Shown here piece by piece: positions 36,330-45,536 of a DNA stretch of 63,053 nt. A program made the position numbers and the translations under genes. The stretch is taken from positions 1-63,053 of IMG/VR virus record IMGVR_UViG_3300044707_000482, one strand, 5' to 3'. The DNA is from a virus. Lineage: Duplodnaviria; Caudoviricetes. The notes under the pieces are model-generated. The model worked only from the letters and a program-made list of their open reading frames with translations. It searched no databases and was not told the origin of the DNA. The first letter of the stretch is position 1. The number at the start of each line of letters is the position of its first letter.

Positions 36330-38024
36330 ATGCCGCTGTACACGTACAACAACAGCCTGCTTGTTCGCGCGCGCGGCTTGGCGGCGTCGGAGATCTATTG
36401 CTGCGGGTCGTGCGACTGGCCGCGATTTCTCAACGTGACCATTTCTGGCGTGCCCAATGGCTACACGGTTCGCTCAGTGAACTCCGCGCAGCCGCCTCCT
36501 GGCGGCGGGTTCGCGCCGGAATGCGACGACGTTGACCTCACCCCGCAGGTCTTGTTTGGGGGCAGCAGCTTTCGTCCCGCCGGGTGGGGGTCATACAAGA
36601 TGGACGACATGAATGGCACGTTCACTGCGGAGTTTTCGCCGGACGGTTGCAACTGTCTGAGTTGGGGGGGTTTTATCCCCGTCACGTATCGCGGCTCCGG
36701 CCCGGACCTCGAAACCGGTGCCTGCCTGACGGCTCTCGCGTCGATGTCCATTCGCATGTGCCGCCTCACGCCGGTCATAACGCTCACGATCAGCCCGCCG
36801 TCTGACCCCGCAGGCTCTACTGCCACCGGCGAAGTGACGGGAGTGACGGCTGGCGCTCTCAGCGCCGTTTCGGTGACGAACGGTGGCTCGGGCTATGCCG
36901 CCTTCGAGGTAGTTCGCGTCGAGCCTGCAATGGCCGTTGATGTGTACACCTCGACTGGGTCGGGCGCGGAGTTCTCTGTGGTGATGAGCGAGGGAGTGGA
37001 CTCCAACGGCGACCCAGCGTGGTCTGCGTCGTCTATCACGGTCACCGACCCGGGCGCAGGGTACTCGTTCGGTGACTTTGCGTCGCTCTACACGACAGAT
37101 GGCACAGGAGGGTCTTCTGCCTCTATCCAACTCAGACTGACTCGCATCGAGCCTACTGTCACCGTATCCGTTACCTCTACTGGCGGAAGTGGCGCCGAGC
37201 TCGAGGTTACGCTAACCGAGACTACCGACTGGAATGGTGAGGCCGTCTGGCAGGTGGCCTCCGTTACGGTGATCAATGGAGGAACAGGGTATGACAGCTC
37301 CGACTCGCTGACGTTTGTCGTCACGGAGGGCAGCGAACTTCCATTTGGCGCGTACGCCACCCTGTCTGTCACGGGTGGCGTCATTGACGGGGTGTACATC
37401 TGGGATGGCGGCCTGTACGCACACACCGACGGCACAATCGCGGGCGTCCAGATTCTCGAAGGCGGATATTTCTGGAAAGAGGAAACCACCAGCAATGTGG
37501 TCGTGGACGAGCCAGCGGTAATCATTACCTCCAACAACGGCGACGGCGGCCAGATAGAGGCCGTCATCGACGACGACCCTAACTCCGCCACGTTTGGCCA
37601 GGTTGTGGGGCTGACGATTGTTAACGGCGGCAGCAGCTACGTGCTGAACGACCCGTTCTGGGAGCTGTCTTTTTCGATCGCGTTCACGCCGATTGGCGGA
37701 ACTCTGTTTCCGCTCAGTGGCCCAACTCGCGGACTGCACGAAGGCCCTCCTGTGTCAGACGTCTTTTTTAGCGACGGCGTAGATCTTTCGGGGCACGAAG
37801 GGCCTCTGGGCGACAGGCTGGCTTTTCAGTCGTGCGGCATGGAGCTGCTCAATAAGTCCTACAACGCCTATTACGCGGCCGTGCCGAGCGGCTACGCCAT
37901 GGGCAACAACGGGGCCATATTCAACTACGGCGGGCCGGGTCCGTCGGGCCCGATCGCAAATGTTTGGCTGCGCGCCGTTGATCTAGGAGAGGGGCAATTA
38001 ACCGTCGCCATCTCGCCCGCTTAG
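36330..38024 (+). CDS. Tail fibre/receptor-binding-like protein with VTNGGSGY repeats
   Basis: Cys-rich N-terminus; repeated GSGA and NGG.GY modules. Confidence 0.65.
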   Translation: MPLYTYNNSLLVRARGLAASEIYCCGSCDWPRFLNVTISGVPNGYTVRSVNSAQPPPGGGFAPECDDVDLTPQVLFGGSSFRPAGWGSYKMDDMNGTFTAEFSPDGCNCLSWGGFIPVTYRGSGPDLETGACLTALASMSIRMCRLTPVITLTISPPSDPAGSTATGEVTGVTAGALSAVSVTNGGSGYAAFEVVRVEPAMAVDVYTSTGSGAEFSVVMSEGVDSNGDPAWSASSITVTDPGAGYSFGDFASLYTTDGTGGSSASIQLRLTRIEPTVTVSVTSTGGSGAELEVTLTETTDWNGEAVWQVASVTVINGGTGYDSSDSLTFVVTEGSELPFGAYATLSVTGGVIDGVYIWDGGLYAHTDGTIAGVQILEGGYFWKEETTSNVVVDEPAVIITSNNGDGGQIEAVIDDDPNSATFGQVVGLTIVNGGSSYVLNDPFWELSFSIAFTPIGGTLFPLSGPTRGLHEGPPVSDVFFSDGVDLSGHEGPLGDRLAFQSCGMELLNKSYNAYYAAVPSGYAMGNNGAIFNYGGPGPSGPIANVWLRAVDLGEGQLTVAISPA

Positions 38025-38389
38025 TGTGTCAGTTCGAGCAAGGCCGCTGCCGCCACTGCGGGCTGGCAGAGTCGCCCATGCTCGTCCTTTGCCCGTCGCG
38101 ATCACGGCGCGGCGAAGTGCCTTCGGCCGCACGGAAGGCAGTCAACTTCGCCGCCTCCCTGGCGAGCCACGTAGCCGCCGGGATGCCGCAGGCCAGCGAG
38201 GAAGAGGTGGCCCGCCGGTTCGCCATCTGCCAGGGCTGCGAGCACTACGACGGCAAGGCGTGCAAGCAATGCGGGTGCCCGGTCGTCCGAGAAAAGCAGT
38301 TCATCAGCAAACTGGCGTGGGCGGATCAGTCCTGCCCGGTGGGGAAATGGGGGCCGGTCGCGAAAGCGGCCGAGAACGCCGGAAAGTAG
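38024..38389 (+). CDS. Cys-rich DUF6171-like protein
   Basis: RFAICQGCEH...CKQCGC...CPVGKW. Confidence 0.7.
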   Translation: MCQFEQGRCRHCGLAESPMLVLCPSRSRRGEVPSAARKAVNFAASLASHVAAGMPQASEEEVARRFAICQGCEHYDGKACKQCGCPVVREKQFISKLAWADQSCPVGKWGPVAKAAENAGK

Positions 38390-38398
38390 GTCTGGGCC

Positions 38399-38409
38399 GG
38401 ACATAAATC
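38399..38409 (+). promoter_or_regulatory. Putative late promoter GGACATAAATC
   Basis: Intergenic, before the ejection-protein block. Confidence 0.5.
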
Positions 38410-38418
38410 TAGCGAGGG

Positions 38419-38850
38419 ATGTCCATGACGCCTATGCAAATGACTCGCTATACCGGCCCGTCGTACTCGCAGAGCGGAAGCTCTAGCACTTCGTACGACT
38501 ACGCCGGGCTGGACGAACACATCAAGCGGCAGGATGCCCTTGGGGCGGCCCGGGACGAGAAGTTCAATGCCCTGTATTCGGGCGACGTCCAGGCTGGGGT
38601 CGGGGCTGGCAATCGCATTCGCGACCTACTGAAAGCCGTCCGCGCCCACGCTCCCGGTGCTGACGAACGCGATCCGCATCACATCGTCAATCCGCTGGTT
38701 CGGATTTCCAGCACTAGCGGATCCAGCAGCATGTCTGGCGATTCGGGCAGCGGCGAGTTCATGCCGGAGGCTCCTGGTGTTGAGCCGCAGGTGCCGCCAG
38801 CCAATGCAGCTCTGGGCCGCAGGCCCAACAGATTCGCTGGTCAGGTCTAG
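38419..38850 (+). CDS. Putative internal virion protein
   Basis: S/G-rich 143-aa ORF. Confidence 0.65.
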   Translation: MSMTPMQMTRYTGPSYSQSGSSSTSYDYAGLDEHIKRQDALGAARDEKFNALYSGDVQAGVGAGNRIRDLLKAVRAHAPGADERDPHHIVNPLVRISSTSGSSSMSGDSGSGEFMPEAPGVEPQVPPANAALGRRPNRFAGQV

Positions 38851-38861
38851 GAGCAAGAGCA

Positions 38862-39200
38862 ATGGCCGGATATGGCGCTATGGGGCTCGGGGCCTACGAC
38901 ACCCACAACATGGAGCATGAGACCACGCGCAAGCAGAAGCAGGCGTGGGCCCAACAGCAGGCCGCTGCACAACAGCAGCAGCAGGCCAACTGGAACCAGG
39001 GTCGCGAGATGTTTGAGCGTGGCCTGCTGGGCCAGGAGCAGGCCCGCAAGCAGTACGACTCGCAGACGGCTCGGGACATCGGCGGCCAGAAGTACCAAGT
39101 GCTGGGCGGGCTGCTCAAAGGCATCGTCAGCGGGAACGCCAGCGGCATGGATGGATATGGCGGCGGCACGGGTTGGCAGCGAACCATGCGACGGGGGTGA
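38862..39200 (+). CDS. Putative internal virion protein
   Basis: Q/G-rich; AGGAG RBS. Confidence 0.65.
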   Translation: MAGYGAMGLGAYDTHNMEHETTRKQKQAWAQQQAAAQQQQQANWNQGREMFERGLLGQEQARKQYDSQTARDIGGQKYQVLGGLLKGIVSGNASGMDGYGGGTGWQRTMRRG

Positions 39201-39565
39201 ATGCCGTGCAAGCCAAGCCTGCTGGCGGCCTTTTGGGCGGCCTCTCCAAGAACCCCAACGTCAGCGCCTATGCCAAGGGGCGGCAGATGGAGAACGCCGC
39301 CGCTCTTGGCTTCGAGAACGCACAGCGGTCACAGAAAGCGGACGTTGACCAGATGCAACAGGAGAGCAGCCAGCGGCAACTGCGGTCGTCGAATGCTGCG
39401 TCGCAGGCCGCCAATCAGTCGCAGGAGCGCATCGCGGCCAGCAATGCGAACACGCGATCTTCGGTGTTCGACACCTCGATGGGTTTTGACTACGCCGCCC
39501 TCCAAAAGCGGCGCAACCTGGACTTGCAGCAGGCGTTGCTCAACGGCGTGGCCAGGAGCTTCTGA
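39197..39565 (+). CDS. Putative internal virion protein
   Basis: Q/A-rich; GTGA-coupled start (start position uncertain). Confidence 0.6.
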   Translation: MNAVQAKPAGGLLGGLSKNPNVSAYAKGRQMENAAALGFENAQRSQKADVDQMQQESSQRQLRSSNAASQAANQSQERIAASNANTRSSVFDTSMGFDYAALQKRRNLDLQQALLNGVARSF

Positions 39566-40107
39566 TGGCCATTGGCGCCGATTCATCACTGCGGATGCCC
39601 ATGAGTTCGCCCATTCGGCCGTCCGCTCGACCGGCTGCGCCGCAGCAGCACAGCACCTCCAGCGGCTACCGGCCGTTCGCCATCAACGATCGTGCAGTCG
39701 CCGACATGACCAATAACCAGCGAGCGGCTGGCGTTGGTGCGGGCGCCGCCGCGATCCGGGCGCAGGATCGGTCGGGCATCTCTCGCGGCAGGGGCCAGCA
39801 GTACATGGCCGACATTGCGGAGGCGTCGGGCCGTGAGGCCGCCGATGCTGCGGCGAACGCCACCGAGTCGGCGGCCGGGTTTGCCAACCAGAGCGCTCAG
39901 CGAGCCTACGAGAACACACGCGAAAGCGAGCGGATCGCCAACGAGGGACTGCTGGAGCGGTTGCGGTCGGCTCAGTCCTCCGAGCGGCTGGCTCGTCGCA
40001 ACAACGCCCAGGACATGTACGAGGCATACCGGCGGGGCCAGTTCGGCCTCGACTCCCAGCGATTGGATTTGGCGCCATTGCTGGCCCGACTGTTTGACGA
40101 CCTGTGA
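39565..40107 (+). CDS. Putative internal virion protein
   Basis: A/Q/R-rich helical ORF, TGATG-coupled. Confidence 0.65.
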   Translation: MAIGADSSLRMPMSSPIRPSARPAAPQQHSTSSGYRPFAINDRAVADMTNNQRAAGVGAGAAAIRAQDRSGISRGRGQQYMADIAEASGREAADAAANATESAAGFANQSAQRAYENTRESERIANEGLLERLRSAQSSERLARRNNAQDMYEAYRRGQFGLDSQRLDLAPLLARLFDDL

Positions 40108-40121
40108 CAAGGAGTGCGCAC

Positions 40122-40394
40122 ATGGACGCTGGCGAACTGGACATTGAAGACCTTCCGCCGAAGGCTCTTCGGAAGTTGATCCGCAGCATGATGGCCAAGG
40201 TCGGCAAGCCTCGCGATGCGAAGTCCGACGAGGACGCCGACGAGGAGCGTGAGGCTCTCGCGGACCTCAAGGAAGAGACCAAAGGCAAGGCCCCAAAGAT
40301 CCCGGTGATCGAGGACGATCTCCCGCCCGAGCTTCGTGCTGACGAGGACGACGAGGACGAGACGCCCAAGAAGGCGAAGCGAAAGGGCAAGTAA
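40122..40394 (+). CDS. Small highly charged protein
   Basis: D/E/K-rich; AAGGAG RBS. Confidence 0.65.
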   Translation: MDAGELDIEDLPPKALRKLIRSMMAKVGKPRDAKSDEDADEEREALADLKEETKGKAPKIPVIEDDLPPELRADEDDEDETPKKAKRKGK

Positions 40395-43300
40395 TGAGCG
40401 TCACGGAAGCAATTCTTCGTCGCGTTCGCGAGGCGTCCCAGCGGACAGCCGCTGCTGGCGCCATGCCCGCGCGTGGCTTTGTGCCTAAGCAGCCCACGCC
40501 GACCGTAGATCTCACACTTCGTCGAAACCTGATCGAAAAGGCGAGGCGGGGCGAGCCGCTGTCTGATCGCGAGATGGAGATTGTCCGCAGGGCCTCGCTC
40601 GAGCAGCAGGCTGGCCTCCAGGAACCTTTAGGCGATGTGGCCGCACAGGCTGAGGCCCCCGCCGTTGCAGTCCCCGCCGCCAACGCAGACGCCGTTCCCC
40701 AAGGGGCCGTCGCCGTTATGGGCGATGGCGGCAAGTTCTATCTGGTAGACGCCGGAGGGAACGCGCTCGAAGAGGTTGCGCAGGTCCGGCGGAACATCTA
40801 CTCCCTGCCCAACGGCACCATGCTGCAACTGGCCGACGACGGTGCAGGATTCGAGGTGCTGCCCGGTGACCTGACTACGACCAGCGGCCGTGCGGCCGAC
40901 AACTTGGAGGCGTCCGGCGTCGAGCTGAGCCCGACAGGCGCCAGGGGCAGGGGCCGCCAGAAGAAGGGGCCGTCGAAGATCGACAAGCTGGCCGACGACA
41001 TTCGCCAAGCGACCACTCCGGCTGCTGGCGAAGAGGCCCTCGCCAACACCAAGGCAATCCGCGCACGGATTGACGCTCTACAGCCCGAAGAGCTGGATGC
41101 GCTCCTGTCGCACCCGTCGCTGGCGGAAGGCATTGAGTCTGTGGCTGCGAAGAGAGACCCCGCTGCCCGGGAGGCCGCCATCAGCCGGGCTCGAGAGCGG
41201 CTCAAGGCTGTGCGCAACGAACCGTCTACTACTGATCGCGCAGCCGGGCAACTCGTGGAAGCGAGTCAGGCACGCGATGCCGCTCGCGCGCCAGCCACAG
41301 CCAACCCGGCAGCGCCGACCGCCAGGGTCGCTTTCGAGCAAGCCCGCGATGCTGCGAGGTCATTGCTTCCCGCTGGGGATTTCAACGCAGCCGCTGCGGC
41401 CTACAACGGGCTCTCTCCTGATGCCCGCGCTGCACTGCTTGCCAGTTCTCGGGACGGCACGGCTAAGGCCATCCTCGATGCTGCCGACCTTTTTGTTCGC
41501 CGCCAGAACCCAGACCTTGACGGCGATGCCTTGATGGTGGCACGCACAAAAATCCAGCGTGACCTTAAGGCGGGCGCTGCGTTGCCGGACGAACTGGTCC
41601 AGAGCATTTCGGCGCCGACGAACGAGCTTGACGCCCTGTTTATCAATCTTAACGGTGCCATGAAGGCTGGGGACACGGAGGCCGCAGATGCCCTGCGCGC
41701 ACAAATCCAGGCCGCCGCACAGTTGGACCCCGAAGCCGCCCGTCAGGCCCAGCGGTCTTATCTCGGCCGCCGGGCCCTTGCTGATGGAATCGGCCGCTCA
41801 ATGCAGGCCGACCGGATTTCCACAGAGGCCGCTGCGCTCCGCTCTGCCGAGATCGCTCCTTCGCCCCGCCCTGTGCTTGCCCCTGGAGCCCGCCAGCCCG
41901 AAGTGCAGGCGTTCGACCGACAGCCCAACGAGATGCCCACCGACGCAGACGAGGCCCGCTCGCTTGGTCGCGAGGCTGCACTGGAGCGGGCCGACAGGGC
42001 CCCGCTGGGCGGCATGGCAGATGACGCTCGCCGGGAAGTCTTTGGCGACGATCTGCCCGTCTTCTTGCGAGGGAGGGATCGCAATCCTCCGCTGGAGACT
42101 CGCAGGCGAAACGAGCGGCCGGACACTCGCGACGTCGATTCCGTCGCCAAGGCCGAGCAGTTGGAGCAGGAGGTTGCTCAGGCTCAGCAGGCCGTTGATG
42201 CCGCCGCTGACCCGGCGGCTCGCGTGGCCGCCCTGGCCCGACTCCAGAAAGCCTACTCCGCGATTGACAAGGCATACCCGCCGCGATTGGTCAACGACAG
42301 GACGGGCGAGGTCATCGCTCGCGTTACGCCAGCGCAGCGTCGCGGAGAGGGAATCCCGAAGGGCTATCGCCTCGAGACCGGCCGCCGGGCGTACGCCGAC
42401 AGCAGCGTCAACAAGGCCAGCTCGCAGGACACCCTTGAAGACTTGTTCTTTGCCACCACCGGCTTCCGTCGGCGGGGCCGCAGGGCCATTTCAAACACCA
42501 ACGCCGATGGCATGAGCGCCCAGGATCTCGGCGCCTCGCTGGACGATGCTCGCCTGGAGTTTGGCGACGACGTCTCTGAGTTTATTGACGACATCGACGG
42601 GGATTTCTCGTTCCGCGACGAGGTCAACGAACTGCTCGATACCCCGCCAGCGGGCCGCAAGCAGCAGGTCAGGGGAGGCCAGCCGCAGCAGAGCCGGGTG
42701 AGGGGTTCGCTTGAGCGAGGGTTTGGCGGCCGCAATCCGCTTGAATCTGGCATGACCGCAGAGGAGGTTGCCCGCGAGGTCGCATCTCGCGTTCGCGGCC
42801 TGCGTCCCGGCACGGCAACCTACGAAATGATGGTCGAGAGGTTCGCCAAGGCCGTGCAAGACACGTATGGCACTCCCCGCAACAATCCGATCGGCGCCAT
42901 GGAGGCTCGAGGGGCTGCTCCCCGAACCTCCCGGCCCGAAGAGCCCGACGCGACTGTCATTCTGGACAGCAGCTCTACCGCCTCCGAAGCCGCAGAGGCT
43001 TACGCCAGGGGATTCCAGGCAGCGAAAAAGGCTGGCAAGTCCGATGACGAGGCTGTGGCGGCAGGCAACGCCGCTCGCAAGCAGTGGGGCCAAGAACTCA
43101 AGGCCGCCAGGACCGGCACGCTTCCGCCAGTCTCGGGCGACGACCTGCCCGCGACATCCGGCTCCCTCGACGATGCCGCCAGCACTCCCGCCGCCACTCC
43201 CGAAGATGCCAAACTGGATGCCTCTGCGACCGACCTTGGGGCCGTCGAGGGGGATTTGCCTGCACCTAGCCCGGCCGCCCAAAAGCTCGATGCTGAGGCC

Positions 43301-44131
43301 ATGGCGGAAATCCAGGCTCGGGCCGATGTGGTCCGCGACGAAGCCTACGAGGCTGGCATTGCCAATGGTCTGTCAAAGCGTAAGGCCCAAGACGAGGCCA
43401 ATGCCTTGCGGAAGGCATACGTAGACGAGCAGGTGGAGCGAGCCAAGCGGGCTGGTGCATCCGCCCCGCAAGCGGCCGCTGGCGACCTGCCGCCGCCGAA
43501 GGGCGACGTTGACGCTGCCCCAGCCGAATCAGCCCAGGCCGTCCCGGATCCTGAGATCGGTCGCGTCGATCCGGCCGACCTTCCTCCTGCCGCCGATGAC
43601 CTTCCGCCACCAGCCGGTGACGTTGACGCACCAGCCGCCACGCCGGACGCCGACACACCGCCGAAGGCTGGCGATGACCTCCCGGCCCCAGAGGGCGACC
43701 TTGAGGCCGACAGGCCCAGGGCCGAAGGCGACACGCCCCCGCGAGGCAGGGACGGCGACGAGGGTGGCAGGCCCGCGCCAGAGTCGCTCCTGCGCAGGAT
43801 CCGCAATGCGGGGTGGAAGTGGGGCTCCCGCGCCGCGATTGGCGGCGGTGTCCTCTGGGGTCTCGGCAGGCTCGCTGGCACCTCGAACGCCCCTGGCGGC
43901 CCGCACGTACCTCCACCCGGTGCCGGTGGTGGTGGCGGCGGCGGCGGCAATGGCCCTCCAGGCGGCCTCCCTGTGCCCTTCCCTCCCGGCGGGCAACCAG
44001 GGGCCGGAGACCCGGTGGCCGCAGCAGAGGCCGAGATCGAAGCTGCCTTGGAGAGCCTGAGGCGTGGCGAGAACCTCACGAGCCGACCCCCTCAGTACCA
44101 GACCTTCCAGCAATACAACCAGTTCGGTTGA
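40394..44131 (+). CDS. Large internal virion (ejection) protein
   Basis: 1245-aa Ala-rich ORF with DLPPP repeats and a C-terminal hydrophobic/Gly-rich segment. Confidence 0.7.
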   Translation: MSVTEAILRRVREASQRTAAAGAMPARGFVPKQPTPTVDLTLRRNLIEKARRGEPLSDREMEIVRRASLEQQAGLQEPLGDVAAQAEAPAVAVPAANADAVPQGAVAVMGDGGKFYLVDAGGNALEEVAQVRRNIYSLPNGTMLQLADDGAGFEVLPGDLTTTSGRAADNLEASGVELSPTGARGRGRQKKGPSKIDKLADDIRQATTPAAGEEALANTKAIRARIDALQPEELDALLSHPSLAEGIESVAAKRDPAAREAAISRARERLKAVRNEPSTTDRAAGQLVEASQARDAARAPATANPAAPTARVAFEQARDAARSLLPAGDFNAAAAAYNGLSPDARAALLASSRDGTAKAILDAADLFVRRQNPDLDGDALMVARTKIQRDLKAGAALPDELVQSISAPTNELDALFINLNGAMKAGDTEAADALRAQIQAAAQLDPEAARQAQRSYLGRRALADGIGRSMQADRISTEAAALRSAEIAPSPRPVLAPGARQPEVQAFDRQPNEMPTDADEARSLGREAALERADRAPLGGMADDARREVFGDDLPVFLRGRDRNPPLETRRRNERPDTRDVDSVAKAEQLEQEVAQAQQAVDAAADPAARVAALARLQKAYSAIDKAYPPRLVNDRTGEVIARVTPAQRRGEGIPKGYRLETGRRAYADSSVNKASSQDTLEDLFFATTGFRRRGRRAISNTNADGMSAQDLGASLDDARLEFGDDVSEFIDDIDGDFSFRDEVNELLDTPPAGRKQQVRGGQPQQSRVRGSLERGFGGRNPLESGMTAEEVAREVASRVRGLRPGTATYEMMVERFAKAVQDTYGTPRNNPIGAMEARGAAPRTSRPEEPDATVILDSSSTASEAAEAYARGFQAAKKAGKSDDEAVAAGNAARKQWGQELKAARTGTLPPVSGDDLPATSGSLDDAASTPAATPEDAKLDASATDLGAVEGDLPAPSPAAQKLDAEAMAEIQARADVVRDEAYEAGIANGLSKRKAQDEANALRKAYVDEQVERAKRAGASAPQAAAGDLPPPKGDVDAAPAESAQAVPDPEIGRVDPADLPPAADDLPPPAGDVDAPAATPDADTPPKAGDDLPAPEGDLEADRPRAEGDTPPRGRDGDEGGRPAPESLLRRIRNAGWKWGSRAAIGGGVLWGLGRLAGTSNAPGGPHVPPPGAGGGGGGGGNGPPGGLPVPFPPGGQPGAGDPVAAAEAEIEAALESLRRGENLTSRPPQYQTFQQYNQFG

Positions 44132-44141
44132 GGAGAACCCC

Positions 44142-45530
44142 ATGGGCTTGCGACCAGACGAACGAGAAGACTTCGCCCGGCAGTTTGCTGCGGCTCAGGA
44201 TCCCTCGCACCGCGAGGAGATCCTCCAGCGTGCCGCTGGCTTCGGGCCCGGTGAAGCCCTTGGCGTGATGCGGCTGGCGGAAGCACGCAAGGCGAGGGGG
44301 CCGGTGCCTAACGTCACTCGCCCGCCGGTCGCATACTCGCCGCCCGCCGCACCTGCGCCCCAAGGCATCGCGGACGATGGCCCCGAGATCGCCTTGCCGG
44401 TCGATGCTCCGCAGCGGCCTGTCATGGTCGATATGAAGCCGGAGGACCGTGCTAGGGCCGCCGCCGAGCGGGCGTTTGCGGGCAACGCTCCTGCTGCTCC
44501 GGCCGTTGCTGCGGCTGCACCACCCGCCCCTGCCGCCCCGCCTCCTCCTGCGCCACCGCTGGCCCGTCAGCCCGATCCGGCGGCCCAGCCCGAAGCGCCA
44601 GGCATGCCTCAGGCTGCTGGGCCACAGGCCAATCGCGACGCGGCAATGCAGCGCAAGTTTGCTCTCGACATGACTGTTCGGTATGTGCATCTACTGCCGC
44701 CGAGCCAACGCAATGCAATCCTTGCGGCAGGTGAAATGCCCGGAGGAATGGAGAAGCTTCGGGAGTTCGGCCGCCTGCTGCGAGCGCAAGACCTGCAAAA
44801 TCGTCGGCTTACGGCCAAGCAGCGTGCAAACGACTACAACCTGAGCCAGGACAACCGAAACCCCAACATCGCTCCCGGCATGCGGATCCGCAGCCTCATG
44901 CGCGCTGTGGACGAAAACAATCCCATGGCGGCGGCAGCGGTGAACGAAATCGCTGGCAATCCGATGGGGGCGGCGAGGTTCGGGGCCATGGACATCACGC
45001 AGCGGGCTGGCGATTCACAGGTCCAGGCGGCGAAGGCAGAGGCAGCAGGGAGGGCTGCGGAGGCGGCCGCTAAAAACCCCGAAACGCCACCGAAGCTGAT
45101 CGGAGAAGAGGTTCAGCAACAACTGAGCACGGCCCTTGCTGTAGCGGATCCTACTCAGCGATACGAGTCCGTCTACCAAGTGGTCAAAAAGCTGCACCCC
45201 GAGAGCGGTGAAGGTCAATGGGCCGCAATCACTCAGAGCTACATTGCCGCCCACATGTTTCGGACCAACGGTGCGCAAGACCCGGCTGTCCTTAATCACC
45301 TCAACACGCTGCGCAAAAACAAGCCTGCGTTCATTGACTTTGCCGTCCGGCATCTTGGCATGAACCCGCAGCAGGCAGAGCTGTACTACAACAGCGGCCA
45401 AGCAACTCCCGAGCAGCAAGGCCAGCAGGCCGCGCAGGGCATGCAAGACGCCGCCACCGGAGCCGCAGGTTGGGCTAGTGGATTCTGGCGAGGTCTCACG
45501 GGCGGCGGCCAGCCAAATCCACAGGGGTAG
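44142..45530 (+). CDS. Internal virion (ejection) protein
   Basis: MGLRPD start with AGGAG RBS; A/P/Q-rich. Confidence 0.7.
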   Translation: MGLRPDEREDFARQFAAAQDPSHREEILQRAAGFGPGEALGVMRLAEARKARGPVPNVTRPPVAYSPPAAPAPQGIADDGPEIALPVDAPQRPVMVDMKPEDRARAAAERAFAGNAPAAPAVAAAAPPAPAAPPPPAPPLARQPDPAAQPEAPGMPQAAGPQANRDAAMQRKFALDMTVRYVHLLPPSQRNAILAAGEMPGGMEKLREFGRLLRAQDLQNRRLTAKQRANDYNLSQDNRNPNIAPGMRIRSLMRAVDENNPMAAAAVNEIAGNPMGAARFGAMDITQRAGDSQVQAAKAEAAGRAAEAAAKNPETPPKLIGEEVQQQLSTALAVADPTQRYESVYQVVKKLHPESGEGQWAAITQSYIAAHMFRTNGAQDPAVLNHLNTLRKNKPAFIDFAVRHLGMNPQQAELYYNSGQATPEQQGQQAAQGMQDAATGAAGWASGFWRGLTGGGQPNPQG

Positions 45531-45536
45531 TGCTGC